Origin: an uncultured Candidatus Binatia bacterium
GTDB lineage: Bacteria > Desulfobacterota > Binatia > UBA9968 > JAJDTQ01
Direction: 5' to 3'
NCBI GenBank assembly: GCA_965204505.1
Contig: CBDBFB010000003.1
Span: forward strand, 911,705-975,704
DNA length: 64,000 nt
In this document: positions 40,762 through 52,992 of the stretch, piece by piece
Layout: each line of letters starts with the position of its first letter
Position numbering within the stretch: position 1 is the first letter of the stretch
The notes under the pieces: generated by a model
Told to the model about the DNA's origin: nothing
Databases searched by the model: none
Seen by the model: the letters and a program-made list of their open reading frames with translations, nothing else
Translations under genes and position numbers: made by a program

Positions 40762-41683
40762 GGCCGCCCCCCTCCCCCACCTCGCGAAACACGCTCTCGA
40801 GGGTGCGCGCCTCCTCGCTCATGCGATAGAGATCCCAGCCGCGCTCCACGGCCTCCCTGGCGACGCTGGGCGCCACCTCGTCCATGGGAGCGTCGAGCTC
40901 AAGGCCGTAGCTCTCCCCGCGCGGCCCCTCGGCCGGGACGATCCCTGCCACCCCCGGGATCTCCCGGAGCCGTTCAGGCGCGTCGTCCGACGGATTGCCA
41001 AGACCCACCACCAGCCGGTGGGACTGCTGCAGCTCGCTCAGCCGGGCATCCACCGCGATGCGTCCCTGCACCATGATGATCACCCGTTCGCACACCGCCT
41101 CCACCTCCTGCAGGATGTGCGTGGACACGATGATGGTGGCGTTCTCGCTCAGCCCTCTCACCAGCGACCGCATCTGGAAGATCTGCGTGGGGTCGAGACC
41201 GTTGGTGGGTTCGTCGAGGATCAGGATCTCCGGCTCGTGCACGATGGCCTGGGCCACTCCCAGCCGCTGCTTGTAGCCCTTCGAGAGCGTCCCGACCGGG
41301 TCCAGCGCCCGGTCCAGCAGCCACGTCCGCTCCAGCGCCCGCCTGAGGACGGCCGGGCGGCCGGCGCGCGGGACTCCCCGCAGGTCGGCCACGTACTCGA
41401 GGTAGCGCACCACCGACATGTCCGGATAGAGCGGCGCGTTCTCGGACAGGTAGCCCAGCTTGCGCTGGATGCTCAGGCGCGCTTCCGATAGCGGCATGCC
41501 GTCGATGACCACCGATCCCTCGGTGGGCTCGATGTAGCCGGTGAGCATCCGCATGATGGTGGTCTTGCCGGCACCGTTGTGCCCCAGAAGACCGACCACC
41601 TCCCCCTTCCCGATGGAAAAGGAGACGTCGTCCACCGCCACCAGATCACCATACTTTCGGGTGAGACCCTCGACCTCGATCAA
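40751..41683 (-). CDS. ABC transporter ATP-binding protein (GldA-like)
   Basis: GHNGAGKTT, LSKGYKQR, ILDEPTNGLDP, STH. Confidence 0.93.
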   Translation of the reverse strand: MIEVEGLTRKYGDLVAVDDVSFSIGKGEVVGLLGHNGAGKTTIMRMLTGYIEPTEGSVVIDGMPLSEARLSIQRKLGYLSENAPLYPDMSVVRYLEYVADLRGVPRAGRPAVLRRALERTWLLDRALDPVGTLSKGYKQRLGVAQAIVHEPEILILDEPTNGLDPTQIFQMRSLVRGLSENATIIVSTHILQEVEAVCERVIIMVQGRIAVDARLSELQQSHRLVVGLGNPSDDAPERLREIPGVAGIVPAEGPRGESYGLELDAPMDEVAPSVAREAVERGWDLYRMSEEARTLESVFREVGEGGGHDG

Positions 41684-41772
41684 GCTGCATCCTCCCGGCG
41701 GGTACTTTTCGCGGGTTTCGGAGCGAGATTGAAATTTTTAGCAGATCAGGTGGCGGGGTGCGAGTCGGGGAC

Positions 41773-42060
41773 TCAGTACGTGCTGGTCCGGCGGCTTTTC
41801 ATCTTGACACCCTCGAATTCCCTTGTTTTGTCCTCCGGTTCGGTGATCAACAACACTATTTCTTTGCCAACCGTATCGTCCAGCACAGCCGCCACGGGCT
41901 TAATCCCGGGCAACGAAATCAAGGCCGACGGAAGTTCCCGCAACCCAAGTCGCACCTTTCCATGTTTCCACTTGTTGTCCAGCATCATTTGCTCTGAAAA
42001 TTTCGTCGAACTGGGAGGAACCGGCCTCGCCACATCTCGGGCCCGGTAGTCATTTGACAA
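41773..42060 (-). CDS. Hypothetical protein (doubtful, 95 aa)
   Basis: Open frame overlapping the stop of the upstream HEPN-like gene in a lower-GC islet; no motif. Confidence 0.3.
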   Translation of the reverse strand: MSNDYRARDVARPVPPSSTKFSEQMMLDNKWKHGKVRLGLRELPSALISLPGIKPVAAVLDDTVGKEIVLLITEPEDKTREFEGVKMKSRRTSTY

Positions 42061-42669
42061 GGCCCTTTTCTTTCGCCAACTCGGCCGCCAGTTGTTCGGA
42101 GCGGTCGAGAAAGTCCAGCATAGCGTCGAGGTTCGTCAAATAGTGCCGCCACTTGCCGTGTCCATCGAACTGTTCCCAAGCATATCGCTTGCTCCACAGC
42201 CCGACATCCTCATCAAGATAGGCGCAAAAGTCGCTCAAGGTATCCAGCCTTCGATTGGGAGGCCCCTTTGGACGTTCAGGTCTTTGAGTGCTGATAAACG
42301 CGAGGAGAGTCACGTTCCTTTCGGCCATGGCCTGCCGGTACAGTACCTCGAGCCGATTCAACAGTTCATGAGGCAGCTGCTCAAGCAATTTCCTCAAGTA
42401 ATGGCCTTGGGCTCCACGTTTCCTCGGCTCGATGTGATGCAACGCCAAAAGGCATTTCAATCTCAGTTCAAGTGCAACACCAAGGTTGAAATGGCTGACC
42501 GTCTTGAGCGACTCCCAAACGTCGTGCTTGCGCCACCCGGTAGCGCCGCCGATAGGAGAGGGATCGCCCTCTTTGGCCCCCAACTCCTGTATCCGAGTTC
42601 GATCAGCCAAGCGGACTCCGTGAACGCCTTGGTGTCCGCCAAAATTCTGATGTACTGGTCACTATTCAT
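42050..42669 (-). pseudogene. HEPN-like hypothetical protein with a probable 1-bp frameshift near 42598
   Basis: ATG 42669 gives MNSDQYIRILADTKAFTESAWLIE, then another frame gives RIQELG...NLGVALELRLKCLL...GHYLRKLLEQL; ELxLK plus GHxLxxL is a HEPN-type pattern. Confidence 0.55.
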
Positions 42670-43102
42670 TTCTATGAAGATAGAACGGGGCAGTCGGTAA
42701 CGGACGGACGCTGGATAGCCAATCAACTCTTCCTATCGTTGGCTGGATGTTCTGCGCAGGTGACGAAGCCGAGTCGTCCGGCGCCTCCTTCCTTATAGAC
42801 TGAAGAAGGCTTATCAACTGGTTCCTGGCGAATGCGGGGGTGGCTTCGTGGTCCAGCCAACGAACCGCGACTTCCTCGGCTTGGGCAAACTGCTTGGCCT
42901 TGTAGTGCAGCGAGGCCGCGCTTACCGCAGAGATGCCGAGCGTCCGCGTTTTGGACGCATCCAGGTCGGCAAGGGCACTTACCTCAGCATCGGCGGCACG
43001 GGCATACAAGTCGAGAGCGTCTTGCTTCCGACCTTCGCGCAACGCCACCTGTGCGTCTGAAGCCAGACGCTCACTCACCTCGTGGTGTTCGATCCAGGAC
43101 AT
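42662..43102 (-). CDS. Hypothetical all-alpha (TPR-like) protein
   Basis: MSWIEHHEVSERLA...RTLGISAVSAASLHYKA; stop overlaps the start of the next gene by 8 nt. Confidence 0.65.
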   Translation of the reverse strand: MSWIEHHEVSERLASDAQVALREGRKQDALDLYARAADAEVSALADLDASKTRTLGISAVSAASLHYKAKQFAQAEEVAVRWLDHEATPAFARNQLISLLQSIRKEAPDDSASSPAQNIQPTIGRVDWLSSVRPLPTAPFYLHRNE

Positions 43103-43188
43103 TGTGCCCTTCGTCACGGAGTTCAAAGTTTGGCCAACAGGATCAACCGTGCCCTGGTGTCGGTGGTCATGCTATCCGTCTTCGATGC

Positions 43189-43506
43189 TCAGATCGGGAC
43201 TTCCGTCAGTTCCCCGGGCCGTATTTCTTCAATGGCCGTTCGGATTTCTTCCGTCCGATGTTGTACTCTGGGCCACGCCGTGGAAAGCAGCACTACAATC
43301 GCCAGCCTGTTGCCAGTGAGATTCTGCTGATATCGCATGTTCTGGTCTGTGGTCACGATCACCTCGTACCCTTCCTCCTCGGCTTTGCGGATCAATTCTC
43401 CGTTTTCCAGCAACTCCCACCCCCTCTCGGCCGATCTGTCGACCGAATGTTCCCGGAGATGGTTTCGAAGAGGCGCCGGCGTGCCATGGTCGAACAGGAT
43501 CTTCAT
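43189..43506 (-). CDS. DUF5615/VapC45-like PIN-domain toxin
   Basis: MKILFDHGTP, GWELLENGELI, IVTTDQNMRYQQNL; ATGA overlap with DUF433 gene. Confidence 0.85.
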   Translation of the reverse strand: MKILFDHGTPAPLRNHLREHSVDRSAERGWELLENGELIRKAEEEGYEVIVTTDQNMRYQQNLTGNRLAIVVLLSTAWPRVQHRTEEIRTAIEEIRPGELTEVPI

Positions 43507-43730
43507 ACCTGGGCTATTGTCTTGAGCTGTTCCGCTTCGTGGTTGAGGACAGCCGCCACTTGCCATTCCTTCACCTCGGGAAACCACTCGAGGAACTGTT
43601 TGACCGTGGCGCCGCTCTCCAGGTTCTCGAAGAGAGCGTATACCGGTACTCTTGTTCCGGTGAACGCCCAGCCTCCGCTGATTTTGCGGGGGTTGCGTTC
43701 GACCGCCGGACAGGTCTTCCAATCGGTCAT
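43503..43730 (-). CDS. DUF433-family antitoxin
   Basis: PRKISGGWAFTGTRVPVYALFENLESGATVKQFLEWFP; GAGGAGG RBS. Confidence 0.88.
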   Translation of the reverse strand: MTDWKTCPAVERNPRKISGGWAFTGTRVPVYALFENLESGATVKQFLEWFPEVKEWQVAAVLNHEAEQLKTIAQV

Positions 43731-43982
43731 GAAGTCACCTCCTCTTGTGTCGCCGGGATTTTCGTTCGCGGGTTGCGGTCGCTGAACGGCCCCAAAGGGC
43801 CGCATAGCTGACGTGACTTGGTCAGGCGTCAGCATTGGGGTGGATTGTGGCGTGGCCCCGTTTGCGGACTTCACTCAAGACAGTCTGACACAAAGCCCTT
43901 GAGGTGGACAACAAGGGAACTCAAGGATCTGGAACTTTCGATCACATATGGATGAATCTTCCCTTCAGGAACCTCTTGCATA

Positions 43983-43998
43983 CCAGACTAAAGTCTGG
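43983..43998. promoter_or_regulatory. Candidate LexA operator CCAGACT-AA-AGTCTGG
   Basis: Perfect 7-bp arms, 12 nt upstream of lexA ATG 44011 and next to a -35-like TTGCAT (43976-43981). Confidence 0.65.
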
Positions 43999-44010
43999 CA
44001 TGACATCCTC

Positions 44011-44613
44011 ATGGTACCTTTCACTCCACCGGGAGAAACCCGGGAAAAGGTTTACCGGTTCGTGCGCAGGCGGATCCTGGAGGAGCTTCCTCCGACGGTG
44101 CGGGAGGTCCAGGAGGCGTTCCGGTTCAAGGCGGTGCAGACGGCCCGGGAGCATCTCGAACGCCTGGTAGCCGAGGGGCGGCTGGTCAAGACATCCGGGA
44201 AATCAAGGGGTTATCGCCTGCCCCGGGAACCCGGGACGCTGTTCGTCCCCCTTTTGGGGAGGGTGCAGGCGGGTGGGCTGCGGGCGGCCATCGAGGAATG
44301 CGAGGGTTATCTCCCGGTGCAGTCGCGGGGCTCGGAGGATCTGTTCGGGCTCCGGGTCCAAGGTGAAAGCATGTCCGGGGCGGGCATCCTTCCGGGCGAC
44401 ATCGTTGTCGTGCGGCAACAGGCGGAAGCCGCCTCGGGGGACATCGTCGTGGCCCTGGTGGGCGACGAGGCCACCATCAAGAGGCTCCGGCTGCGCCGGA
44501 ACGGAATCGAACTTCATCCGGAGAACCCGGCCTTCGCGCCGATCGTTCCGAGGGCCGATGAGTTCGCCATTCTCGGCAGAGTGGTGGAGGTGAGGCGTTA
44601 TCTGGAAGGGTGA
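44011..44613 (+). CDS. lexA: SOS repressor LexA
   Basis: PPTVREV...EHLERL winged HTH, LGRVQAG cleavage site, GESM catalytic Ser, ATIKR catalytic Lys. Confidence 0.93.
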   Translation: MVPFTPPGETREKVYRFVRRRILEELPPTVREVQEAFRFKAVQTAREHLERLVAEGRLVKTSGKSRGYRLPREPGTLFVPLLGRVQAGGLRAAIEECEGYLPVQSRGSEDLFGLRVQGESMSGAGILPGDIVVVRQQAEAASGDIVVALVGDEATIKRLRLRRNGIELHPENPAFAPIVPRADEFAILGRVVEVRRYLEG

Positions 44614-44700
44614 ATGCGCAGGACGGTTCGGGCACGGAATCCGGGACGACGCCTTTCCGGCGCCCGGGCCTTTGCCTTTTGCGGGACACGGAGAACTTTC

Positions 44701-45372
44701 ATGGACGTTTTCGCCGAAAAGAGCCACGAGCGGATGCCGGTTCCGGCCCACGCGTGGATGCCGGCTTCGAGTGCTGCCCCTGTCGCGCCGCGGCGCCGGC
44801 CTGTTCGCGAAGCCCCAAGGGCCTGGAACATGTCCCTGCTGGCGGGTCGTCTCACCGAGGTCTCGGACTCGGGCGCTACCCCTGCCCTCACGGCCGCCGC
44901 CGCCCTGATCCTCCAGGCCCAGCAACGCGGCGAGCCCGCGGCGTGGGTCGGCTTCGGCAACTCGATCTTCTTCCCGCCGGATCTGGTCGAGTGGGGCATC
45001 GATCTCGACGCCTTGCCGGTGGTCCGCGTCCCCGACGCCCTCGCCGCGTCGCGGGCCGCCGACCAACTGCTGCGCTCCGGCGCGTTCGGGCTGGTGGTGC
45101 TGGACCTGAAAGCGCAGACACAAATGCACGTGGCGGTCCAGAGCCGCCTCGCGGCGCTGGCCCGGAAGCACCATGCGGCGCTCATCTGCCTCACCCGCAA
45201 GAAACGGGGAGCGCCGTCGCTGGGGCCGCTGGTGTCGCTGCACGGCGAGGGCCGCATCACGAGGGCCGCTTTCAGCCGCTTCGACTGGGAGATCCGCGTC
45301 GTCAAGGACAAATGCGGCGCACCGGGATGGAGCCACACGGAGTCGTGCCGTGGAACGGATGGCCTGTGTTGA
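44701..45372 (+). CDS. imuA: ImuA / RecA-like mutagenesis accessory protein
   Basis: GRLTEVS, WGIDLDALPVVR, ADQLLRSGAFGLVVLDL; Walker A degenerate; located between lexA and imuB. Confidence 0.82.
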   Translation: MDVFAEKSHERMPVPAHAWMPASSAAPVAPRRRPVREAPRAWNMSLLAGRLTEVSDSGATPALTAAAALILQAQQRGEPAAWVGFGNSIFFPPDLVEWGIDLDALPVVRVPDALAASRAADQLLRSGAFGLVVLDLKAQTQMHVAVQSRLAALARKHHAALICLTRKKRGAPSLGPLVSLHGEGRITRAAFSRFDWEIRVVKDKCGAPGWSHTESCRGTDGLC

Positions 45373-46912
45373 CGTTGCGGCCTTTCCCCTGCAACTGCTG
45401 CTGCGGGACCATCCGGACTGGAAGGACCATCCCGCCGCGGTGGTGGACCGGGACAAGGCCCAAGGGGCCATTCTCTGGGTGAATTCCCCGGCGCATGCCA
45501 CGGGCATCCTTCCGGGCATGCGCTACGGCGCGGGGCTGGCGCTTTCGCGCCATCTCCGGGCGGACGTCATTTCCCGCTCGGCCATCGACAAGGCCGTGGC
45601 CGGCCTGGTGCCGCGGCTGCGGCGCTTTGCCGCCGAGGTGGAGCCCTCACGGGACGAGCCCGGAGTGTTCTGGCTCGGAGCCTCGGGCCTCTCCCTGCTC
45701 CATCCCCGCCTGGAGGAATGGGCCGGGCTCATCCACCGCGACCTCGCCGGCGCCGGCCTCCGCAACGCCGTGGCCGTGGGGTTCTCCCGTTTCGGCAGCT
45801 ATGCCGCGGCCAAGACCTGCGACCGGATCACGGTCTTCCGGACGCCTGAGGAAGAGCACCACCATGTCCGCGGCGTTCGCCTGGACCGGCTCGATTTCGC
45901 GCCCAAGGTCCGAGACCTGCTGGCCCGGCTCGGCATCCACACCCTGGGCGGCTTCCTGGACCTGCCGGCATCCCAGGTGCGCTCGCGTCTCGGACCGGAG
46001 GCCCACCGGCTTCACCGGCTGGCCGCGGGAGACCTGTGGAGCCCGCTCCATCCCGAGTTGACGGCCGAGCCCACCGCATCGAGGGTGTTCCTCGACTACC
46101 CGGAGAGCGACCACCGGCGGCTGACGGTCCTCATGGAGGACTTGCTGGAGCCGCTGCTCGCCGCGCTGGAGCAGCGCCACGAGGTGATGACCATTCTCCT
46201 CCTCCACCTCCGCCTGGACGACAGGTCGGAGAGGGCCGAGACCCTGCGGCCGGCCCGGCCCACCCTGGACCGGACGCAGATCCTGGATCTGCTGCGGCTT
46301 CGCCTGGAGGCCACGGCGCTGACGGCCGGGGTGACGGGAATCGTCATGGAGGTCCGAGGAACCTCGCCCGACGCCCGGCAGGGAGAACTTTTCCACAACG
46401 CCTCCGCCCGCGACCGCGACGCGGCCAACCGCGCCCTGGCGCGGCTGCGGGCCCGGTTCGGCGACGGCGCGGTCCTGCGGGCGCGACCGCGGTCCGGGCA
46501 CCTTCCGGAAGCGCGCTTTGCCTGGGAGCCCATGGAAACCGTGCCGCCGCCGAGGCCGCGCCGGGTCCGGCTGCGCCCGCTGGTACGGCGTTTCTTCCCG
46601 AAGCCCGTACCGCTCAGGGACCCTGCACCGCCTGCGGCCGACGCCGAGCCTGTGGTTGCCGAGGCCCGAGCCGGCGATGATCGAACCGCGAACGTCCGCG
46701 CTCGCAACGATCGAATGGAACACGCCCGAACCGGCGACGGCTTCCTCTCCCGGGAGAGCGCCGGCCCCTACATCATCTCCGGGGGATGGTGGGGCTGCGG
46801 TGCCGGGGTGCACCGCGAGTACCACTTCGTCCGCGCCGGCGAGGGCCCCTGGCTGTGGGTCTACTACGATTCCAGGCGGCACGGCTGGTTCCTGCACGGG
46901 AAGGTGGAGTAA
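45359..46912 (+). CDS. imuB: ImuB, inactive Y-family polymerase homologue
   Basis: [32 protein letters not shown]-terminal [10 protein letters not shown]...REYH...WFLHG. Confidence 0.88.
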   Translation: MACVDVAAFPLQLLLRDHPDWKDHPAAVVDRDKAQGAILWVNSPAHATGILPGMRYGAGLALSRHLRADVISRSAIDKAVAGLVPRLRRFAAEVEPSRDEPGVFWLGASGLSLLHPRLEEWAGLIHRDLAGAGLRNAVAVGFSRFGSYAAAKTCDRITVFRTPEEEHHHVRGVRLDRLDFAPKVRDLLARLGIHTLGGFLDLPASQVRSRLGPEAHRLHRLAAGDLWSPLHPELTAEPTASRVFLDYPESDHRRLTVLMEDLLEPLLAALEQRHEVMTILLLHLRLDDRSERAETLRPARPTLDRTQILDLLRLRLEATALTAGVTGIVMEVRGTSPDARQGELFHNASARDRDAANRALARLRARFGDGAVLRARPRSGHLPEARFAWEPMETVPPPRPRRVRLRPLVRRFFPKPVPLRDPAPPAADAEPVVAEARAGDDRTANVRARNDRMEHARTGDGFLSRESAGPYIISGGWWGCGAGVHREYHFVRAGEGPWLWVYYDSRRHGWFLHGKVE

Positions 46913-46917
46913 GGACC

Positions 46918-50097
<3,180 letters not shown>

Positions 50098-50115
50098 GCA
50101 AGCACCCGTCGCACG

Positions 50116-50604
50116 CTAATTCTTGGGAAAGTCGAACAGCACTTCGTTGCCCCGGGCATAGCCCACAGTGGGCCAAGTGTCGGTATCGAACCCGAGATGG
50201 AGCACCCCGCATGTTGGCAGGTTGGGGATCGGACGCGGCCCCAAGTGATTGGCGAGCTCGGTCAACCCGGGGTTGTGGCCGAACAGCATCAGCGTAACCA
50301 CCGAGTCATCCGAGTTGCGAATCACATCGAGCAACTCGACGACGCCGGCGCCATAGAGGCGTTCTTGCACCACAATGTCCTTGCGTGGGTAGCCAAGCTT
50401 CCTGGCAATGATCCGCGCAGTTTCCAGCGCCCTCACCGCAGGACTCGACACGATCAGATCGGGCCTGTTCCTGTGCCGCGCAAGTCGGGCACCCATTTCC
50501 GGGGCATCCCGTTCGCCCCGCTTGTTGAGAGGCCTTTCACGGTCGTCGAGACTGGAATCCTTCCAGCTCGACTTGGCGTGCCGTATGAGGATCAAGTCCT
50601 TCAC
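50116..50604 (-). CDS. sixA: Phosphohistidine phosphatase SixA-like
   Basis: LIRHAKSSW, DRERPLNKRG, SSPAVRALETA, GHNPG. Confidence 0.9.
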   Translation of the reverse strand: MKDLILIRHAKSSWKDSSLDDRERPLNKRGERDAPEMGARLARHRNRPDLIVSSPAVRALETARIIARKLGYPRKDIVVQERLYGAGVVELLDVIRNSDDSVVTLMLFGHNPGLTELANHLGPRPIPNLPTCGVLHLGFDTDTWPTVGYARGNEVLFDFPKN

Positions 50605-50664
50605 GAGGATCCGGCTTCTGTTTCCCGTCTCGCTTGAGTTGGCTTCGGGTAATCGTGGAATGAC

Positions 50665-51090
50665 TCAACCACTATTCGGCTCCACTTCGAGTTCCTCCTC
50701 GCTTATTCCATTCTCGATCAAGTAACGTCTCATACGGTTGAGGAACGCTTCTGCCCGTTGGTACTCCTGAATTGTTTCTTCGCGGGAGAATCGAACATGC
50801 ACGCTGTAGTCCGCCATCAGTCTATCATCCAGGCTCCCTCCGAGTTCCCTGGCCCACTCCGGTTCGACCTGACCCGTTCGCACGAGATGCAATCCAAACA
50901 TCCGCCTTACTGCGGCATGACTCGACGGTCCCATGTCGTGAACAAACAAGGCGGCTTTGGCTGCATGGAAAATTGCATAATAGGACCGCGATACCGAGTC
51001 TTCCCGATAATCGGATCGCATCAAAGTCTCCGCCGCACCCAGAGACCGCACAGCGAGCCGCCACTCTCCGAACAACATCGGCCTGTTCAC
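50665..51090 (-). CDS. HEPN domain protein (MNT-HEPN module)
   Basis: SRSYYAIFHAAKAAL, SSHAAV, RLMADY; GTGA overlap with the MNT gene. Confidence 0.87.
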   Translation of the reverse strand: MNRPMLFGEWRLAVRSLGAAETLMRSDYREDSVSRSYYAIFHAAKAALFVHDMGPSSHAAVRRMFGLHLVRTGQVEPEWARELGGSLDDRLMADYSVHVRFSREETIQEYQRAEAFLNRMRRYLIENGISEEELEVEPNSG

Positions 51091-51422
51091 AGCACCGATA
51101 CCCCGTGGCGCTCTACGGCATCTCTATAAGGAGACTGCAGGGCTTTCAGTCGATCCCACTCTTGTTCGGTGTACGCCATGATCGAAGGAACCGCCCACGA
51201 AGTCACGGCCAAGTCGTAACCAATGTCCCGCAGTGGCCGTTTAAGGTCGATGGCGTCGTCCCGGACGACGACGAGTATGTCGAGATCACTGTCTTCTCGG
51301 GCGTCGCCACGGGCTTTGGAGCCGTAGACAAGCATCCGTAACACCATTCCCGGGTGTTTTTGGACGAGCGCCTCGCGGTACTGGTCCAGCCACTTCTGTT
51401 CGTCTGGGTGGAGTTTGAGCAC
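51087..51422 (-). CDS. Minimal nucleotidyltransferase (MNT)
   Basis: YGSKARGDAREDSDLDILVV (GS-x10-DxD). Confidence 0.9.
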   Translation of the reverse strand: MLKLHPDEQKWLDQYREALVQKHPGMVLRMLVYGSKARGDAREDSDLDILVVVRDDAIDLKRPLRDIGYDLAVTSWAVPSIMAYTEQEWDRLKALQSPYRDAVERHGVSVL

Positions 51423-51488
51423 GGAGTCAGACCTTTGATGTCGGAGGTAGCAGATTGGGATAAAGCCGACCTCCGGTCAAGTCCACGG

Positions 51489-52352
51489 TCAGGCCACCGA
51501 ACGGCGGCCCGATTCCGGCAGAGCCGGCTGGCTGAACGGGCGATCGTGGCGCAGGCTCGGGACGCGCTTGCGAACACCGGCGACGCTCTCAATGTCCACG
51601 GTGGCGACGATGGTGCCGGGTTCGTCGCCGCCCTCGGCGAGGACCTCGCCCCAAGGCGACACGATGAGCGAGTGGCCGTAGACGGCGCCACCGCCGGGCA
51701 CCGGGCCGACGGAACAAGGGGCCACCACCACGGCGCCGTTCTCGATGGCGCGGGCGCGGTTCAGCACGTGCCAGTGGGCTTGGCCGGTCTTCTTGGTGAA
51801 TGCGGCAGGCACCGCCAGGATCTCGGCGCCTGCCTGAGCCAGCGTGCGGTAGAGGTGGGGAAAGCGCAGGTCGTAGCACGTGGTCATGCCGAGGCGTCCC
51901 CAGGGAGTATCCGCCACCACCGCCTGCTCGCCGGGACTGACCACCGCGGACTCGCGGTAGCGCTCGGTCTCGGACAGGTCCACGTCGAACAGGTGGATCT
52001 TGTCATAGCGGTCGCGGACCTCGCCCTTGTCGTCCACCAGGAAACCGCGGTTGATGAGCCGGTCTCCGGGACCGTCCACCGCCACCGACCCGATGAGCAT
52101 CCATGTGCCGGCATCGCGGGTGAAGGCGCGAAGCGCCTCCAGCACGGGGTGGCTCGCCTCGGGCGCGGCCGGGGGTTTGAGCACGCCGTTCTCGGTGGCG
52201 AGGCCGCCGCAGAACTCAGGCAGGCACACCAGCTCGGCGCCCGCCGCGACCGCTTCGCCGGCCAGGCGGCATGCGGCGTCGATGGCCTCGTCGAAGGTCG
52301 CCAGGGCCGGTGTCTGGACGCAGCCGATGCGCACTTCGCGTGTGGTGGTCAT
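51489..52352 (-). CDS. Carbon-nitrogen hydrolase (Nit1/deaminated glutathione amidase-like)
   Basis: [19 protein letters not shown] catalytic triad; RARAIEN. Confidence 0.9.
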   Translation of the reverse strand: MTTTREVRIGCVQTPALATFDEAIDAACRLAGEAVAAGAELVCLPEFCGGLATENGVLKPPAAPEASHPVLEALRAFTRDAGTWMLIGSVAVDGPGDRLINRGFLVDDKGEVRDRYDKIHLFDVDLSETERYRESAVVSPGEQAVVADTPWGRLGMTTCYDLRFPHLYRTLAQAGAEILAVPAAFTKKTGQAHWHVLNRARAIENGAVVVAPCSVGPVPGGGAVYGHSLIVSPWGEVLAEGGDEPGTIVATVDIESVAGVRKRVPSLRHDRPFSQPALPESGRRSVA

Positions 52353-52406
52353 AGGTTCGTCTCCCTGTGCTGTGACTCTGTCCAAGTCTAGCGCTTTGGC
52401 AGGAAA

Positions 52407-52910
52407 TTACGAAGCACGCGTGAGCCGGTCGATGAGTTCGCGGTGCTGCGGGTAGCGCCGGATCAACTCGTCCCTCCCGGGCATCTCGAAATCGGCGAAG
52501 TCGAAGCCGGGGACGCAGGTACAGCCTACCAGGGCGTACCCCTGGGTGCCGTCCACGGAGGCGCCGAACAGAGACCCTCCGGGAACCAGCGCCTGAAGGC
52601 ACTCGCCCGCCTCGGGATCGGAACCCATGCTGATGGGCGAGTAACGGCCGGCGGCATCAATGACGTGCACGGTGAGAGTCGAGCCCGCAAAAAAATGCCA
52701 CAGCTCGTCCTGCTTGATGCGGTGGAGCGCGGAGAACTCTTCGTCCTGCAGCAGGAAGTAGATGGAGGTACCGAGGTTGCGGGGACCGTCGTAACCTTTC
52801 AGCGCCTCGCCCGATACTGCGGCGGCGGATCGATAGACCTCCTTGAAGTGTCCGCCTTCGGGATGCGGTTTCAGATCGAGGTGGTTTATCCAGTAGGCGG
52901 CGTCACGCAC
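52407..52910 (-). CDS. DUF985 cupin protein
   Basis: LKPHPEGGHFKE, TSIYFLL, SALHR, DELWHF, VGCTCVPGFDFADFE; GTG 52910 with GAGG RBS. Confidence 0.88.
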   Translation of the reverse strand: MRDAAYWINHLDLKPHPEGGHFKEVYRSAAAVSGEALKGYDGPRNLGTSIYFLLQDEEFSALHRIKQDELWHFFAGSTLTVHVIDAAGRYSPISMGSDPEAGECLQALVPGGSLFGASVDGTQGYALVGCTCVPGFDFADFEMPGRDELIRRYPQHRELIDRLTRAS

Positions 52911-52949
52911 GGAGTACCTCTCGGGGATGTCTCCCCAGCCTGCTCCGGT

Positions 52950-52978
52950 CTGGATTCCGGCTTTCGCCGGAATGACGG
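52950..52978. repeat. Single CGTC-type palindrome unit
   Basis: CTGGATTCCGGCTTTCGCCGGAATGACGG. Confidence 0.85.
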
Positions 52979-52992
52979 TTCCGCGCAGGCCA

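Noticed and set aside
45359-46912. ImuB lacking Y-family catalytic residues as a novelty
   Set aside because: Catalytic inactivity is the established normal state of ImuB
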